In this document: positions 43,473-54,236 of the stretch, one piece after another
How the letters are laid out: every line of letters starts with the position of its first letter
Numbering within the stretch: position 1 is the first letter of the stretch
Assembly (NCBI GenBank): GCA_964016885.1
Contig: OZ024740.1
Location: forward strand, 26,226,001 to 26,290,000
Origin: Eledone cirrhosa
Lineage: Eukaryota
Direction: 5' to 3'
DNA: 64,000 nucleotides
Position numbers and translations under genes: made by a program
The notes under the pieces: generated by a model
What the model was told of the DNA's origin: nothing
The model's database searches: none
Seen by the model: the letters and a program-made list of their open reading frames with translations, nothing else

Positions 43473-43615
43473 TTCATCATTTCTGAAGATGGCATGTATA
43501 GGTGAAGATATGTATATCTCCTCCGATAATTTGTAATATTTTTTTACATAGATCTTTAACATGATATACATACCAACAGACATATATATCGCAGAAACGA
43601 TCGTAAAATGATGAA
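43473..43615 (+). ncRNA. Type I hammerhead ribozyme with ~104-nt stem/loop II, inside a short PLE-tail-like insert (43355-43810)
   Basis: Perfect 10-bp stem I TTCATCATTT/AAATGATGAA; CTGAAGA; GAAA; palindromic stem III ACGATCGT; GUA site. Confidence 0.85.
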
Positions 43616-43813
43616 TTTTTTAATATAAGGAACCTGTTTTTTGTTTTTATTTCATTATTTTCATTAATTTATCTTGACTCTATTTTCCTATGATTTTTAT
43701 CGTTATTTTTGAATCCATATTCTCTTTTCATGATATCTTCTATATTTGGATTATATTAAGTTCTTATAACGGATTGGACTATACCGTTTATTTTCGTAGA
43801 TTTTTCTACACAA

Positions 43814-43884
<71 letters not shown>

Positions 43885-44126
43885 TTGTGCGAGGTTTTAT
43901 ATATGAAATCGTGTGTCGAAACAAATATTGTTATACTTGGGGAGGGTCATATTTTTGTAATATTGCCAGAATTAATAACAGAACACACTCACTGTTTGGT
44001 TGGTTTTCGCTTTTCGCTTCTGTGTCTTTTATATCGGTAATCTAATTTATTCGGTCCTCAATGTTGCCATTGACTGACCAACGGTCAAAAATAATACAGA
44101 TACAATATAGACACAAACACATATAT

Positions 44127-44180
44127 ATAGTTTATCAAAGTTCTTTCGTTGCACATCTGCAACAACGTCAGTAGTGCTAT
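44127..44180 (-). ncRNA. HHR in the inverted pLTR (A9 to T)
   Basis: Minus: CTGACGT-T-GTTGCA(GATG)TGCAAC-GAAA-GAAC-TT-TG. Confidence 0.65.
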
Positions 44181-44277
44181 TATTTCCTCCCGTTACATTG
44201 TATGTCTACGCCATCTTTATTTAGTCTGTTTATATATTTATTTATTTATTTGTTTGTTTGTTTATTTTATTTTGTCT

Positions 44278-45692
44278 GGTGGATTGGGTGGACCAAAGCT
44301 ATATGGACCCCCCAAAACAATGATCAGGTAAGAAAAATGGTTGCACATGCAATAGGGGCTAGTATCAAAACTACCCTAAAGGGCCACATATTCAAGTTCA
44401 AGGAGAAGATCTACACCCAAAATGAAGGAGCAGCCATTGGCGTCAGCATAGCTGGTGATGTTGCCAACCTTTTTATGGTATGGTGGGAAAGGAGACTTAA
44501 AGATCTCCTTAATCAGAGCTCCATAGACCTCATCATGTACTCTAGTTACGTAGACGATATCAATATAGTTATAAGAACATCCCCACTAGAGAGCACTAAC
44601 AAGTTTGATTTAGAACGTAGCACAATGGAAAGCATCCAGCAGATAGCTAATTCCATACACCAGAGTATAACTGTAACTATAGACTTCCCTTCCAAACACC
44701 CTAACAATAGACTACCTGTATTAGACACAGAACTCTGGATTAACACTATAGACGAGAGAGCCCAAATTCTCCACTCACACTATGCTAAACCCATGGCCTC
44801 CAAATACCTGATACTCAAAAACTCAGCAATGTCCAGTAGTGCTAAGTTTAATATTCTGATCGCAGATTTGGTACGAGTGATGAAGAATGTGTCCCGCATG
44901 TGCGACCCAACAGAAATGGAAAGACACATCCAACACTTCATCAACCGCATGCAGTTCTCTGCCTACAACCAAAGAGACAGAGTCAGAGTATACGAAGGAG
45001 CCATGGAGAAGTATAAGACCCTCATAGAACTGGACATGAAAGGAATTTGCCCATTATACAGGAGCAAATCATGGAATAGCTTAGATAGGGCTAGACATAA
45101 GATAGGGAAAGCCACCTCATGGTACAGCAACATGAGATACCAGAGTGTCATGTTTGTGGACGCTACCCGTGGAGGGAAATTAGCTATCCAGTTTAGAAAG
45201 GCCCTGAGAAAGATCCACTTAAAGATTAAGGTGGTAGAAAAGCCAGGAACCACCATAAAATCCCTGATCAGCAAAACCTACCCTTTTAAGAAAACCTACT
45301 GTACTAATAGGAAATGTATCATATGTAAGGTAAACCCACGGATAAACTGTAAAACTAGAAACGTTGTCTATAGCATAAGATGTACAGAGGGTACTTGCAG
45401 AAACATGACAATAACATACATAGGCGAGACAGCTCGTAGCATAGGTGGAAGGATAGACCAACACTGGGGGGAACTAAAAGGACGAAAAAACGGGTCAGTA
45501 CTATACGAACACGCCAGACAACAACACGACGTTAACATAGACAACATAGTAATTAGAATAATATCTAAACATAGAAATGACCCTGCAGATAGGCAAATAA
45601 GAGAGGCCAGTGAAATAGAACTTAGAAGGCCAAGACTAAACAGAAAAATGAATGGAATAACAACAACACCCAAACAAACAACACTGACCTAA
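44278..45692 (+). CDS. PLE reverse transcriptase (C-terminal half) plus GIY-YIG endonuclease, 5'-truncated
   Basis: QNEGAAIGVSIAGDVANLFMVWW, YVDD, DFPSKHPNNRLPVLD, HYAKPMAS, CTNRKCIIC, NVVYSIRC...YIGETARS; the ORF-track start at 44202 lies inside the inverted pLTR and is not the native start. Confidence 0.9.
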
Positions 45693-45974
45693 GAGAAGTA
45701 TAAATAAATAAATAAATAGATAAATAAATAAATAAATACATACACAAGCCCAATAACAACAAACACATATAAACACACACTAGTAAAGATGGAATACATT
45801 AACCAGTACACAGTCACCCAATCACGAACACACATCAAACAAAACACTATACACACACGCAAAAGCAGGCGCAAAGAAGACAAAATAAAATAAACAAACA
45901 AACAAATGAATAAATAAATATATAAACAGACTAAATAAAGATGGCGTAGACATACAATGTAACGGGAGGAAACA

Positions 45975-46028
45975 ATAGTCCCACTGACGATGTTGCAGAT
46001 GTGCAACGAAGGAACTTTGATAAACTAT
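45975..46028 (+). ncRNA. HHR in the 3' pLTR (GAAA to GAAG)
   Basis: ATAGTCCCA-CTGACGA-T-GTTGCA(GATG)TGCAAC-GAAG-GAAC-TT-TGATAAACTAT. Confidence 0.7.
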
Positions 46029-46239
46029 ATATATGTTTTTTGTGTCTATATTCTATCTGTATTATTTTTGGCGACATTGAGGACCGAATAAATTAGATTA
46101 CCGATATAAAAGACACAGAAGCGAAAAGCGAAAACCAACCAAACAGTGAGTGTGTTCTGTTATTAATTCTGGCAATATTACACAAATATGACACTCCCCA
46201 AGTATAACAATATATATATATATATATGCAAAAGTTCTA

Positions 46240-46597
46240 TTTAAAATTGTTGGGATACAACAAGTAAATATTTTTATAACTGATATAAAGCACTCGACAA
46301 GTATTTGGAGTAGATATACGATATTAATAAATGGAAACTATATTTATAAAACCATATTTATTTCATTATACATATTTCAGGGATGCCAAATTAAATTATG
46401 GTATGCCTTCATCAGATGACTTCCAAAAACAATGGTTGCATTTTAATAGGGTATGTCAAAGCTTATTTGTAAAACTGTTATATATTGTATTTTGTCTGAT
46501 GAAGGCATACCATAATTTAATTTGGTATCCCTGAAATATGTATAATGAAATAAATATGGTTTTATAAATATAGTTTCCATTTATTAATATCGTATAT
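46240..46597. mobile_element. PLE-tail fold-back (arms 46314-46416 and 46495-46597) with an HHR in each arm (46363-46419 minus, 46490-46550 plus)
   Basis: CTGATGA-AGGCATACCA...TGGTATCCCT-GAAA-TATGTA-TA-ATGA; homolog at 61985-62205. Confidence 0.8.
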
Positions 46598-46789
46598 ATA
46601 TATATATATATATCTATATTAATATATATATATTAATTTATTGATATCCCCAGTTTCAGCAGATCCCGTTATGGGTGAAAGCAGCGATTCTTTGCTTAAA
46701 CTTTAATCTGTTATTTTAATAAATATATATATCATATAAACATATCTCATGTCGACTGATCTTTTACACACACACACACACTTCCACCA

Positions 46790-48960
46790 AAATCAAAACA
46801 TCTTGGCAGGTCTTTGTAGACACTGTCACAAATATATGTACAAAACACACCCACACCAAAATCTTTAAACAAAACCAAATGCAGTATCCCCCAAAACAGA
46901 AAAACAATTATCAGAAAAATAAAAAGAACAAAAACAAAAAAATTAACACACTAAAATACTGCCAACAGCAACACACACATTCAATGGCTATCACCCTGCT
47001 TGAGTCAAAAAAATATAACCTCCAGCAGTGCATGATGACCATCATCAATATCCAGAGAATAGCTGAAGAGAGGTGGGCCATTGAGAAAATCAAACTCAAC
47101 CCCAAAGTGTTCTTCTCATTCGCTAAAAAACACAAGGTCACCGTCTCCACTGTTGGCCCCCTAGTTGATGAAAATGGCACACTCCAAGATAATGTCAAAA
47201 CCATGGACGAGATACTGCAGAAACAATACTGCTCTCTTTTCAGCAATCCTGATATGGTCAATCTGGGCCGTATCAGTGATGTTAACTCCCAACACACTAT
47301 ATCAGACATAACGTTTGGCGCCCCTGATGCCTTAGCGGCAAGAAACGAAATTAAACACAATTCAGCAGTAGGCCCCGACAGGTTCCCTGCTTCTGTCTTG
47401 AAGGTATGTCGAAACCAACTTGCATCTACTCTTGATAATCTTTGGAGGAACTCACTGGACACTGGCTATATTCCTGAAAACTTTCTGTCCCTGTCCGTTG
47501 TCACAGTCTTCAAAAAGGGAAATAAGTCCCTTGCAGTGAACTACCGTCCCATCTCACTCACCTCTAATATTATCAAGGTATTTGAGAGGGTGGTGAGATC
47601 ACGAATAACCTACTTTCTTGAAAGCAACGGCCTGCTGAACTCCAACCAAAAGGGTTCTTAACGCAGCTCCTGCATCACTTTGACGATGTTTTGAGAGTCT
47701 TGACAGAGGGCTCCAACACTGATGTCATCTACTTTGATTTCAGCAAGGCCTTCGACAGGGTTGATCATAAGATTCTACTGAAAAAACTATCCAATGTTGG
47801 TGTCTCTGGAAGGTTACTACAGTGGATCAAAAGTTTCCTGACAAGCAGAACCCAGCATGTAGTCGAAGGAGTAAAATCAAGCCCTGCCAAAGTCAGCAGT
47901 GGCGTCCCACAAGGCACTGTGTTGGGACCACTTCTTTTCATCATCTACATTAATGTCATTACTGACATCATCAAGCACAGAAACATAAGAATCTTCGCAG
48001 ATGATTCCAAGCTCCAAAGGGTTATCAATGAGGTGGGTGACCGGACTTGCCTTCAGTCAGACCTACTGGCTATTATCTAATGGGCAGAAATGAATAATAT
48101 GCTGTTGAATGAGGATAAATTTGAACTAATACACTTTGGAAAAACGGATGCCCTGAACCTACCATACTCTCTTCCTTCGGCTGAAACTCTAGTGGCATAC
48201 AATAACATTAGAGACCTGAGATTAATTGTGGACAACAATATAAGTTGGGCCACTCATATAAACAGCAAAGTTGATATGGCCCGCTGAATGTGTTCCTGGA
48301 TTCTCAGAACTTTCCAGTCGAGAGATATCCTAACTGTTATACTTCTCTTCTCCACTTTTGCCCGACCCCACATTGAATACTGTTGTCCACTGTGGTCACC
48401 CCACACGAAACAAAGTATCATGAAAGTTGAAGCACCCCAAAGGTCAATTACAAAAAAGATAAATGGCATGACAGGCCTTGATTATTGGGGTCGATTAGAA
48501 AAGCTCAACCTTTATTCTCTTCAACGTCGTCGTGAGCGCTACATCATCTGCATGATGTGGAAAATATTCCATCAGCTTTGCACAAATGATGTTGGCATCA
48601 CCAAGGCCTGGGCCCGTGCTATCCGGCCACGACAAAAATCTCACTCGCATCTCATAGCAACAGTACGGCACAATTATTTCACCTCAATTGGCCCTGCACT
48701 CTTTAACATTACACCAAAACACATCAAAGCAGAGACAGACCCCATCAAGTTCAAGAAGTCTTTGGATAAATTCCTTCAAGAAATCGCGGATAAGCCTCCT
48801 ACACACGGATATTCCTCCGTAAACAATAACTCTCTGCTCGAGTGGGCCATGGTACCCAAAAACTAATTTGTAAGACTTCGGCAGGTGGTGCTATTAAGTT
48901 AGATATGGCCTGGGCCAATACTGGCCGAAACCTATCAAAGTTATCAAAGTTATCAAAGTT
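46790..48960 (+). pseudogene. CR1/Jockey-group LINE ORF2 (RT) pseudogene, 5'-truncated, with (TTATCAAAG)n tail
   Basis: KLNPKVFFSF, GPDRFP, NYRPISLTS, DFSKAFDRVDH, SGVPQGTVLGPLLF, FADDSK, RPHIEYCCPLWSP, LYSLQRRRER; stops and frameshifts; tandem tail at 48933-48960. Confidence 0.93.
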
Positions 48961-48974
48961 ATATATATATATAT

Positions 48975-50180
48975 ATAGATATATATATATAAGTATGTAC
49001 ACGTACATACATATATGTATACAGACGTACAGTGGTATGTATATATATATATACATACACGCACCCATATATATATGCACGTATGGATTCACCGAACATT
49101 TATTATAATGCTCGGTGTGTTTGTAAACAAACATCCCGTATTAAGCCGTAGTGTCCAGCAACCATCGTTGCTCGCTTGTTCAACACTGACAAAGGAACGC
49201 TGTAATAGTTTCAAGCTTATTAGCTATCGTCAGCAACGTATACCTTCCGGCCAGATTGTTGAACGTATATACTTACCTTATGCATATTAACGGCTGAGTA
49301 GCCCAATTTATATATCGAGTGGGTTAATCGGCCGGGTGCACCAAACACGATAAACGGAAAAAATGAAACAAAATTTCATTTCCCACTCTTAGTACGGCTG
49401 TTACTTAAATAGAAGTATGTACACTTACATACATATATGTATACAGACGTGAAGTAGTATGTATATATATATACATACATACACACACATATATATATGC
49501 ACGTATGGATTCACCGAACATTTATTATAATGCTCGGTGTGTTTGTAAACAAACATCCCGTATTAAGCCGTAGTGTCCAGCAACCATCGTTGCTCGTTTG
49601 TTCAACACTGGCAAAGGAACGCTGTACTAGTTTCAAGCTTATTAGCTATCGTCAGCTACGTATACCTTCCTGCCAATTGGGCTACTCAGCCGTTAATATA
49701 CATAAGGTAAGTATATACGTTCAACAATCTGGCAGGAAGGTATACCTTGCTGACGATAGCTAATAAGCTTGAAACTAGTACAGCGTTCCTTTGTCAGTGT
49801 TGAATAAACGATCAACGATGGTTGCTGGACACTACGGCTTAATAGGGGATGTTTGTTTTCAAACACACCGAGCATTATAATAAATGTTCGGTGAATCCAT
49901 ACGTGCATATATATATGTGTGCATGTATGTATATATACATACTACTGTACGTCTGTATAAATATATGTATGTATGTGTACATACTTATATTTAAGTAACA
50001 GCCGTACTAAGAGTGGGAAATTAAATTTTGTTTCATTTTTTCCGTTTATCGTGTTCGGTGCACCCGGCCGATTAACCCACTCGATATGCAAATTGGGCTA
50101 CTCAGCAGTTAATATGCATAAGGTAAGTATATACGTTCAACAATCTTGCAGGAATGTATACGTTGCTGACGATAGCTAAT
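48975..50180. mobile_element. Retrozyme-like tandem array (~422-bp unit): ~1.6 units minus, then ~1.2 units plus
   Basis: Direct repeat offset 422 (48991/49413); HHRs at 49197-49239 (-), 49619-49661 (-), 49744-49786 (+), partial at 50160-50180 (+); non-coding. Confidence 0.88.
49744..49786 (+). ncRNA. Type I minimal hammerhead ribozyme
   Basis: TTG-CTGACGA-TAGCT(AATA)AGCTT-GAAA-CTAG-TA-CAG; palindromic stem III ACTAGT. Confidence 0.85.
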
Positions 50181-50360
50181 GGAACCAGATGGACCATAAC
50201 GCACCAGAGTACTCAATACTTAGCGTATTAGAGTGGGAAATAGGGAAAAAGTATGACCACGACGGCAGAGCTCAAGCCGTTTCGACGGCTATTTCTGGAT
50301 TCCAGAAATAGCCGTCGAAACGGCTTGAATTCTGCCGTCGGGGGTCATACTTTTTCCCTC
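50181..50360 (-). mobile_element. PLE tail copy with fold-back (arms ~50240-50299 and 50301-50360)
   Basis: Same family as 39468-39672. Confidence 0.85.
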
Positions 50361-50384
50361 TATATATATATATATATATATATA

Positions 50385-51266
50385 TCGTTCACTATTTCAC
50401 CGAACTTATATTCATGGATATCTGGGACTTGTCTCTTTCTTCCTCACTTTTCGTTGCATTAGCATCTATGATTGTTTACAGTCTCACACGTTCCCCTTAT
50501 TTACGTGTCCCAACGACTTTCTTTAGCCGTTGCTCGCACCAACCGGAGGGATATGGTCTTTAAAGCGATGAAATACCAATGAAGGTTGGAAGATCACTGA
50601 TGAAGGACTAACTTTATTCATATGCAACCCATTAGCAACCACGCAGCACGTTTGTTTTCATATTCACACATATATTTTCCTCTGTTGTGATCCGTCTATT
50701 TCGTTCTTACTGCTTCCTCTTTCTCTGTATCTTTCACCTCGCTTTACCCTCTCTAACAGTCACTCTCTCTGTTAGCCTCTTCCTCACCCTTCACTCACTC
50801 ACACTCTGCTACTACCTCTCCTACTTCCAGCCGTTTGACCTGTGCGTAATTCTTTTCTCGCGCACGCTTAACCAGGCTGGTCGTTCCTTTTTTCTCTCTT
50901 GTCTACGATTTCACAGAACTTATGTTCACCGAATTCAGGGACTAGACTCCTTCTTCCTCCCGTTTGACCTGTGCGGAATTCCTTCCTTGCTCACATTTCG
51001 ACTAGGTTTGATGGTCTTTATTCTCTCTCGTTCAGGATTTCACCGAACTTATATTCATGGAAATCTGGGACTTGACTCTTTCTTCCTCACTTTTCGTTGC
51101 ATTACCATCTTTGATTGTTTACAGTCTCACTCGTTCCCTTTAGTTACGTGTCCCAACGACTTTCTTTAGCCGTTGCCCGCACCAACCGGAGGTATATGGT
51201 CTTTAAAACGATGAAATACCAATGAAGGTTGGAAGATCACTGGTGAAGGACTAACTTTATTCATAT
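50385..51266 (+). mobile_element. Partial tandem element: 643-bp unit with a ~235-bp direct repeat and a decayed HHR-like motif
   Basis: 50385-50623 repeated at 51028-51266; GATCA-CTGATGA-AGGA...TCCT-(GAAA absent)-...TGATC; flanked by (TA)n. Confidence 0.65.
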
Positions 51267-51279
51267 ATATATATATACA

Positions 51280-51985
51280 TCAGGATACGACTGCTGGTTG
51301 ATCTTCCCTCTCTGAGGTCGTTCTGGCTGTCCCTGTGCTTCTTCTCCATCTCAGGCTGGATCCTGTTAAGAATCATCCTGTTGAGGCTCTTTGCCACAAG
51401 TGACGTCAGTGAGATCGCCCTGTAGTTGTTGGTGTTAGAGAGATCTCCCTTCTTTGGCACTGGGACGATGTTACTGATTCTCCACTTATTCGGGGCAACT
51501 CTTTTCTCCAGTGCCTGTTTAGAGAACCCCAGGATGATATCATCAAAATCCGCCTCTTCATTTCTGTAGGGGAGTCTGTGCTGGTGTACGGATCTGAGAC
51601 GTGGACACTGACCAAGAAACTCACTCAGATGGTGGATGGGCTACACGAGAAAGCTGAGGATGGCTCTGAACATTAATCAGTATACACTGAGGATGAAAAA
51701 CTTAGAGCTGTATGGGAGCCTCCCAAAAGTCAGCTCAAAATTGACACAGAGGAGATTGAGGTTAGCTGGACATGCTCTGTGACATCCAGAGTTGACACTG
51801 CACTCAGTACTCCTGTGGGAGTCCCTATATGGACACACTGGAAGAAGAAGACCAAGGTTAACGTATGTTGATGCCCTAAAGACAGACACTGGTCTGTTGG
51901 AGATGCAGGACATGGCAGCGATAATGAGGGACAGAGACCGCTGGAGAGAACTCGTCCATGGATCTCGGGAATTTTACCCGCCCTA
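51280..51985. pseudogene. RTE-clade LINE relic with an inverted 5' piece (51280-~51545 minus; ~51545-51985 plus)
   Basis: Minus: PKKGDLSNTNNYRAISLTSLVAKSLNRMILNRI; plus: KIRLFISVGESVLVYGSETWTLTK, RRLRLAGHAL, RRRPRLTYVDAL, MRDRDRWR. Confidence 0.88.
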
Positions 51986-51988
51986 GCA

Positions 51989-52063
<75 letters not shown>

Positions 52064-52244
52064 AATGTTTGAATGGTTGTTGCTTCTAAAGCGAAGAATG
52101 TACTTTAAGACTGGCTTCTGATGAATAATATAGACTAATTGAGGTGGTGGTCGTCGTCTTGTTGGTGGGAGTGGTCGTGGTGGTGGTGTTGGTTATGGTG
52201 GTGGCGGTCGTGGTGGAGGTAGTGGTGGTGGTGGTGTTGGTGTA

Positions 52245-52440
52245 TATTTATTTATTTAATTTACCGGATTCACAGTTCTCAAGATTTTCAAAAGAAGGAC
52301 TGAGATAAGGGTTTGGATTTCTGTTGAGGTTTGTGTCGCATCTGAGACAAACCTCGACCGAAACCCAAACCCTCATCTCAAATTTACTTTTGAAAATCAT
52401 GAGATCTGTGAAACTGGTGAAGTAGGTAAATAAATATTCT
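52245..52440. repeat. ~190-bp imperfect hairpin
   Basis: GATTTTCAAAAG...TGAGATAAGGGTTTGGATTTC..GAGGTTTGT / ACAAACCTC..GAAACCCAAACCCTCATCTCA...CTTTTGAAAATC. Confidence 0.8.
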
Positions 52441-52693
52441 TAAAAGACTCCAGTTTCATTTTCAATTTCTCTTCCTTATATATAATCATATAATAATAAT
52501 AAATGTTAAAACTCCGAAGAGGCCTCGATAAAGGTTCTAAGCAAATATTTATTATAAGAACAGATTCAAGTTTAAAGATCGCTGCTTTCACCCTGAACGG
52601 GATCTTCACTTTGACACTATACATACACACACAAACACATACACAGATACATACATACATAAATACATATCTTTCTCTCTACATATTTATATG

Positions 52694-52744
<51 letters not shown>

Positions 52745-52746
<2 letters not shown>

Positions 52747-53466
52747 TATGCTAATTGGGAGAGGAAATAGTATATATTTTATCTTGTGATTCTATAGACA
52801 TGTTTTATGATATATAGCTCTGATTGTTTAATTTATTAATTTTTCATTGAGTCAAAAAGTGACCAGTTGCAAAACACGTATATGTATGTGTATGTATATA
52901 TATATGTAAACTTTTATATGTAATAATCTCCCACTAGGTTGAGATACAGATTTGGCTGTATTGTGCTGTGCTTTCTAGCAAAAATGCTTCCATTCGTAAG
53001 CAACTACCACACCCCTTCCAACTTGACCGCGACTACGTCACGATTTTTACCCATTTTGAAATGAATTCTTGGCGCGATCGTTTTGGAAAATTTAATGTCT
53101 AGATATGAGCGAGCTTCCTGAAGAATCCGGCGCTCGAGTTTATATAATTATTACATAATTATTGGATAACTCAAAACACGGACGAAACCATGGTAGAGGT
53201 ATTTAAGTGTATTCTATTTTCTCCTGGTTTATTTTAAACCAAATTCTGCTTAGTTGACTGTATCTAGGCGATTACGCTGTCGAAATATTCGATAAATATT
53301 CCACTACGGCCGACGCGAAGCGCTAGTTTTGGTTATTTGTTGGAGATTCCTTCATAGATGCCTCATTCGTATAGCCTGGTCTATTCGATATTTTATATAG
53401 TTAATTATGCTAATTGGGAGAGGAAATAGTATATATTTTATCTTGTGATTCTATAGACATGTTTTA

Positions 53467-53470
<4 letters not shown>
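52745..53470 (+). mobile_element. Partial tandem (retrozyme/pLTR-like) element, 659-bp unit with a ~68-bp terminal direct repeat
   Basis: ATTATGCTAATTGGGAGAGG...GTTTTATGATATATA at 52745 and 53404; internal HHR; flanked by (TA)n. Confidence 0.8.
53113..53200 (+). ncRNA. Type I hammerhead ribozyme with extended stem II
   Basis: GCTTC-CTGAAGA-ATCCG...CGGAC-GAAA-CCATGG-TA-GAGGT; palindromic stem III ACCATGGT. Confidence 0.82.
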
Positions 53471-53530
<60 letters not shown>

Positions 53531-53539
53531 ATAATAATA

Positions 53540-53753
53540 AATTTGAAGACTAAAATCCAAAGAGGCCTCGATAAGGATAAATATATATCAAATATATAAG
53601 AACCGTAGAGCAACTATTTATTAAAATAACAGATTAAAGTTTAAGCAAAGAATCGCTGCTTTCACCCTTAACGGGATCTTCTGAGTTTCAGAAGATCCCG
53701 TTAAGGGTGAAAGCAGCGATTCTTTGCTTAAACTTTAATCTGTTATTTTAATA
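53540..53753. mobile_element. Fold-back element (perfect inverted repeat 53619-53753); relatives at 46650-46725 and 52500-52620
   Basis: ~65-bp arms with a ~4-nt loop; shared GAAGATCCCGTT..GGGTGAAAGCAGCGAT motif. Confidence 0.8.
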
Positions 53754-53817
53754 TATATATATATAGAGAGAGAGAGAGAAATATACACGGGTGTGTATGA
53801 TTGTGTATAGAAGATTA

Positions 53818-54197
53818 TATTAATAAGAGGAATTCCAACTTTGTCTGATTTACTCGTTTTATTTACAATCCTTTAAAATTTATAATGGTATTATAATGAA
53901 ATAGTATGATAGAATATTAAATGTTAAGTGTTAATTGAACAAGTACTTTCATGCTTTCGCAATCTTCAGGTTCATAATGTGTGGTGACAGTCAAGTTTGC
54001 AATTTTCAACTGTGGAAATTGCAAACTTGACTGTCACCACACATTATGAACCTGAAGATTGCGAAAGCATGAACGTACTTGTTCAATTAACACTTAACAT
54101 TTAATATTCTATCATACTATTTCATTATAATACCATTATAAATTTTAAAGGATTGTAAATAAAATGAGTAAATCAGACAAAGTTAGAATTCCTCTTA

Positions 54198-54203
<6 letters not shown>
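53818..54203. mobile_element. PLE-tail fold-back with ~190-bp arms and an HHR in each arm (53936-53974 minus intact; 54047-54085 plus with GAAA to GAAC)
   Basis: TGAAC-CTGAAGA-TTGC(GAAA)GCAT-GAAA-GTAC-TT-GTTCA; palindromic stem III AGTACT. Confidence 0.88.

Positions 54204-54234
<31 letters not shown>

Positions 54235-54236
<2 letters not shown>

Larger units (their letters stand above)
43884..46212 (+). mobile_element. Naiad-type Penelope-like element, 5'-truncated, with inverted 5' pLTR (43884-44277 vs 45878-46212), inserted in (TA)n
   Basis: ~335-bp inverted repeat flanking an RT plus GIY-YIG ORF; HHR in each arm. Confidence 0.92.

Noticed and set aside
44202-44277. Hydrophobic N-terminus resembling a signal or transmembrane segment
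   Set aside because: It is read-through from the inverted pLTR's (TTTA/TTTG)n tract
44202-45692. Selenocysteine recoding as reported for some Naiad PLEs
   Set aside because: No in-frame TGA in the retained ORF and no SECIS recognised; the TGA at 24644 sits at a Trp position and is better explained as TGG to TGA decay
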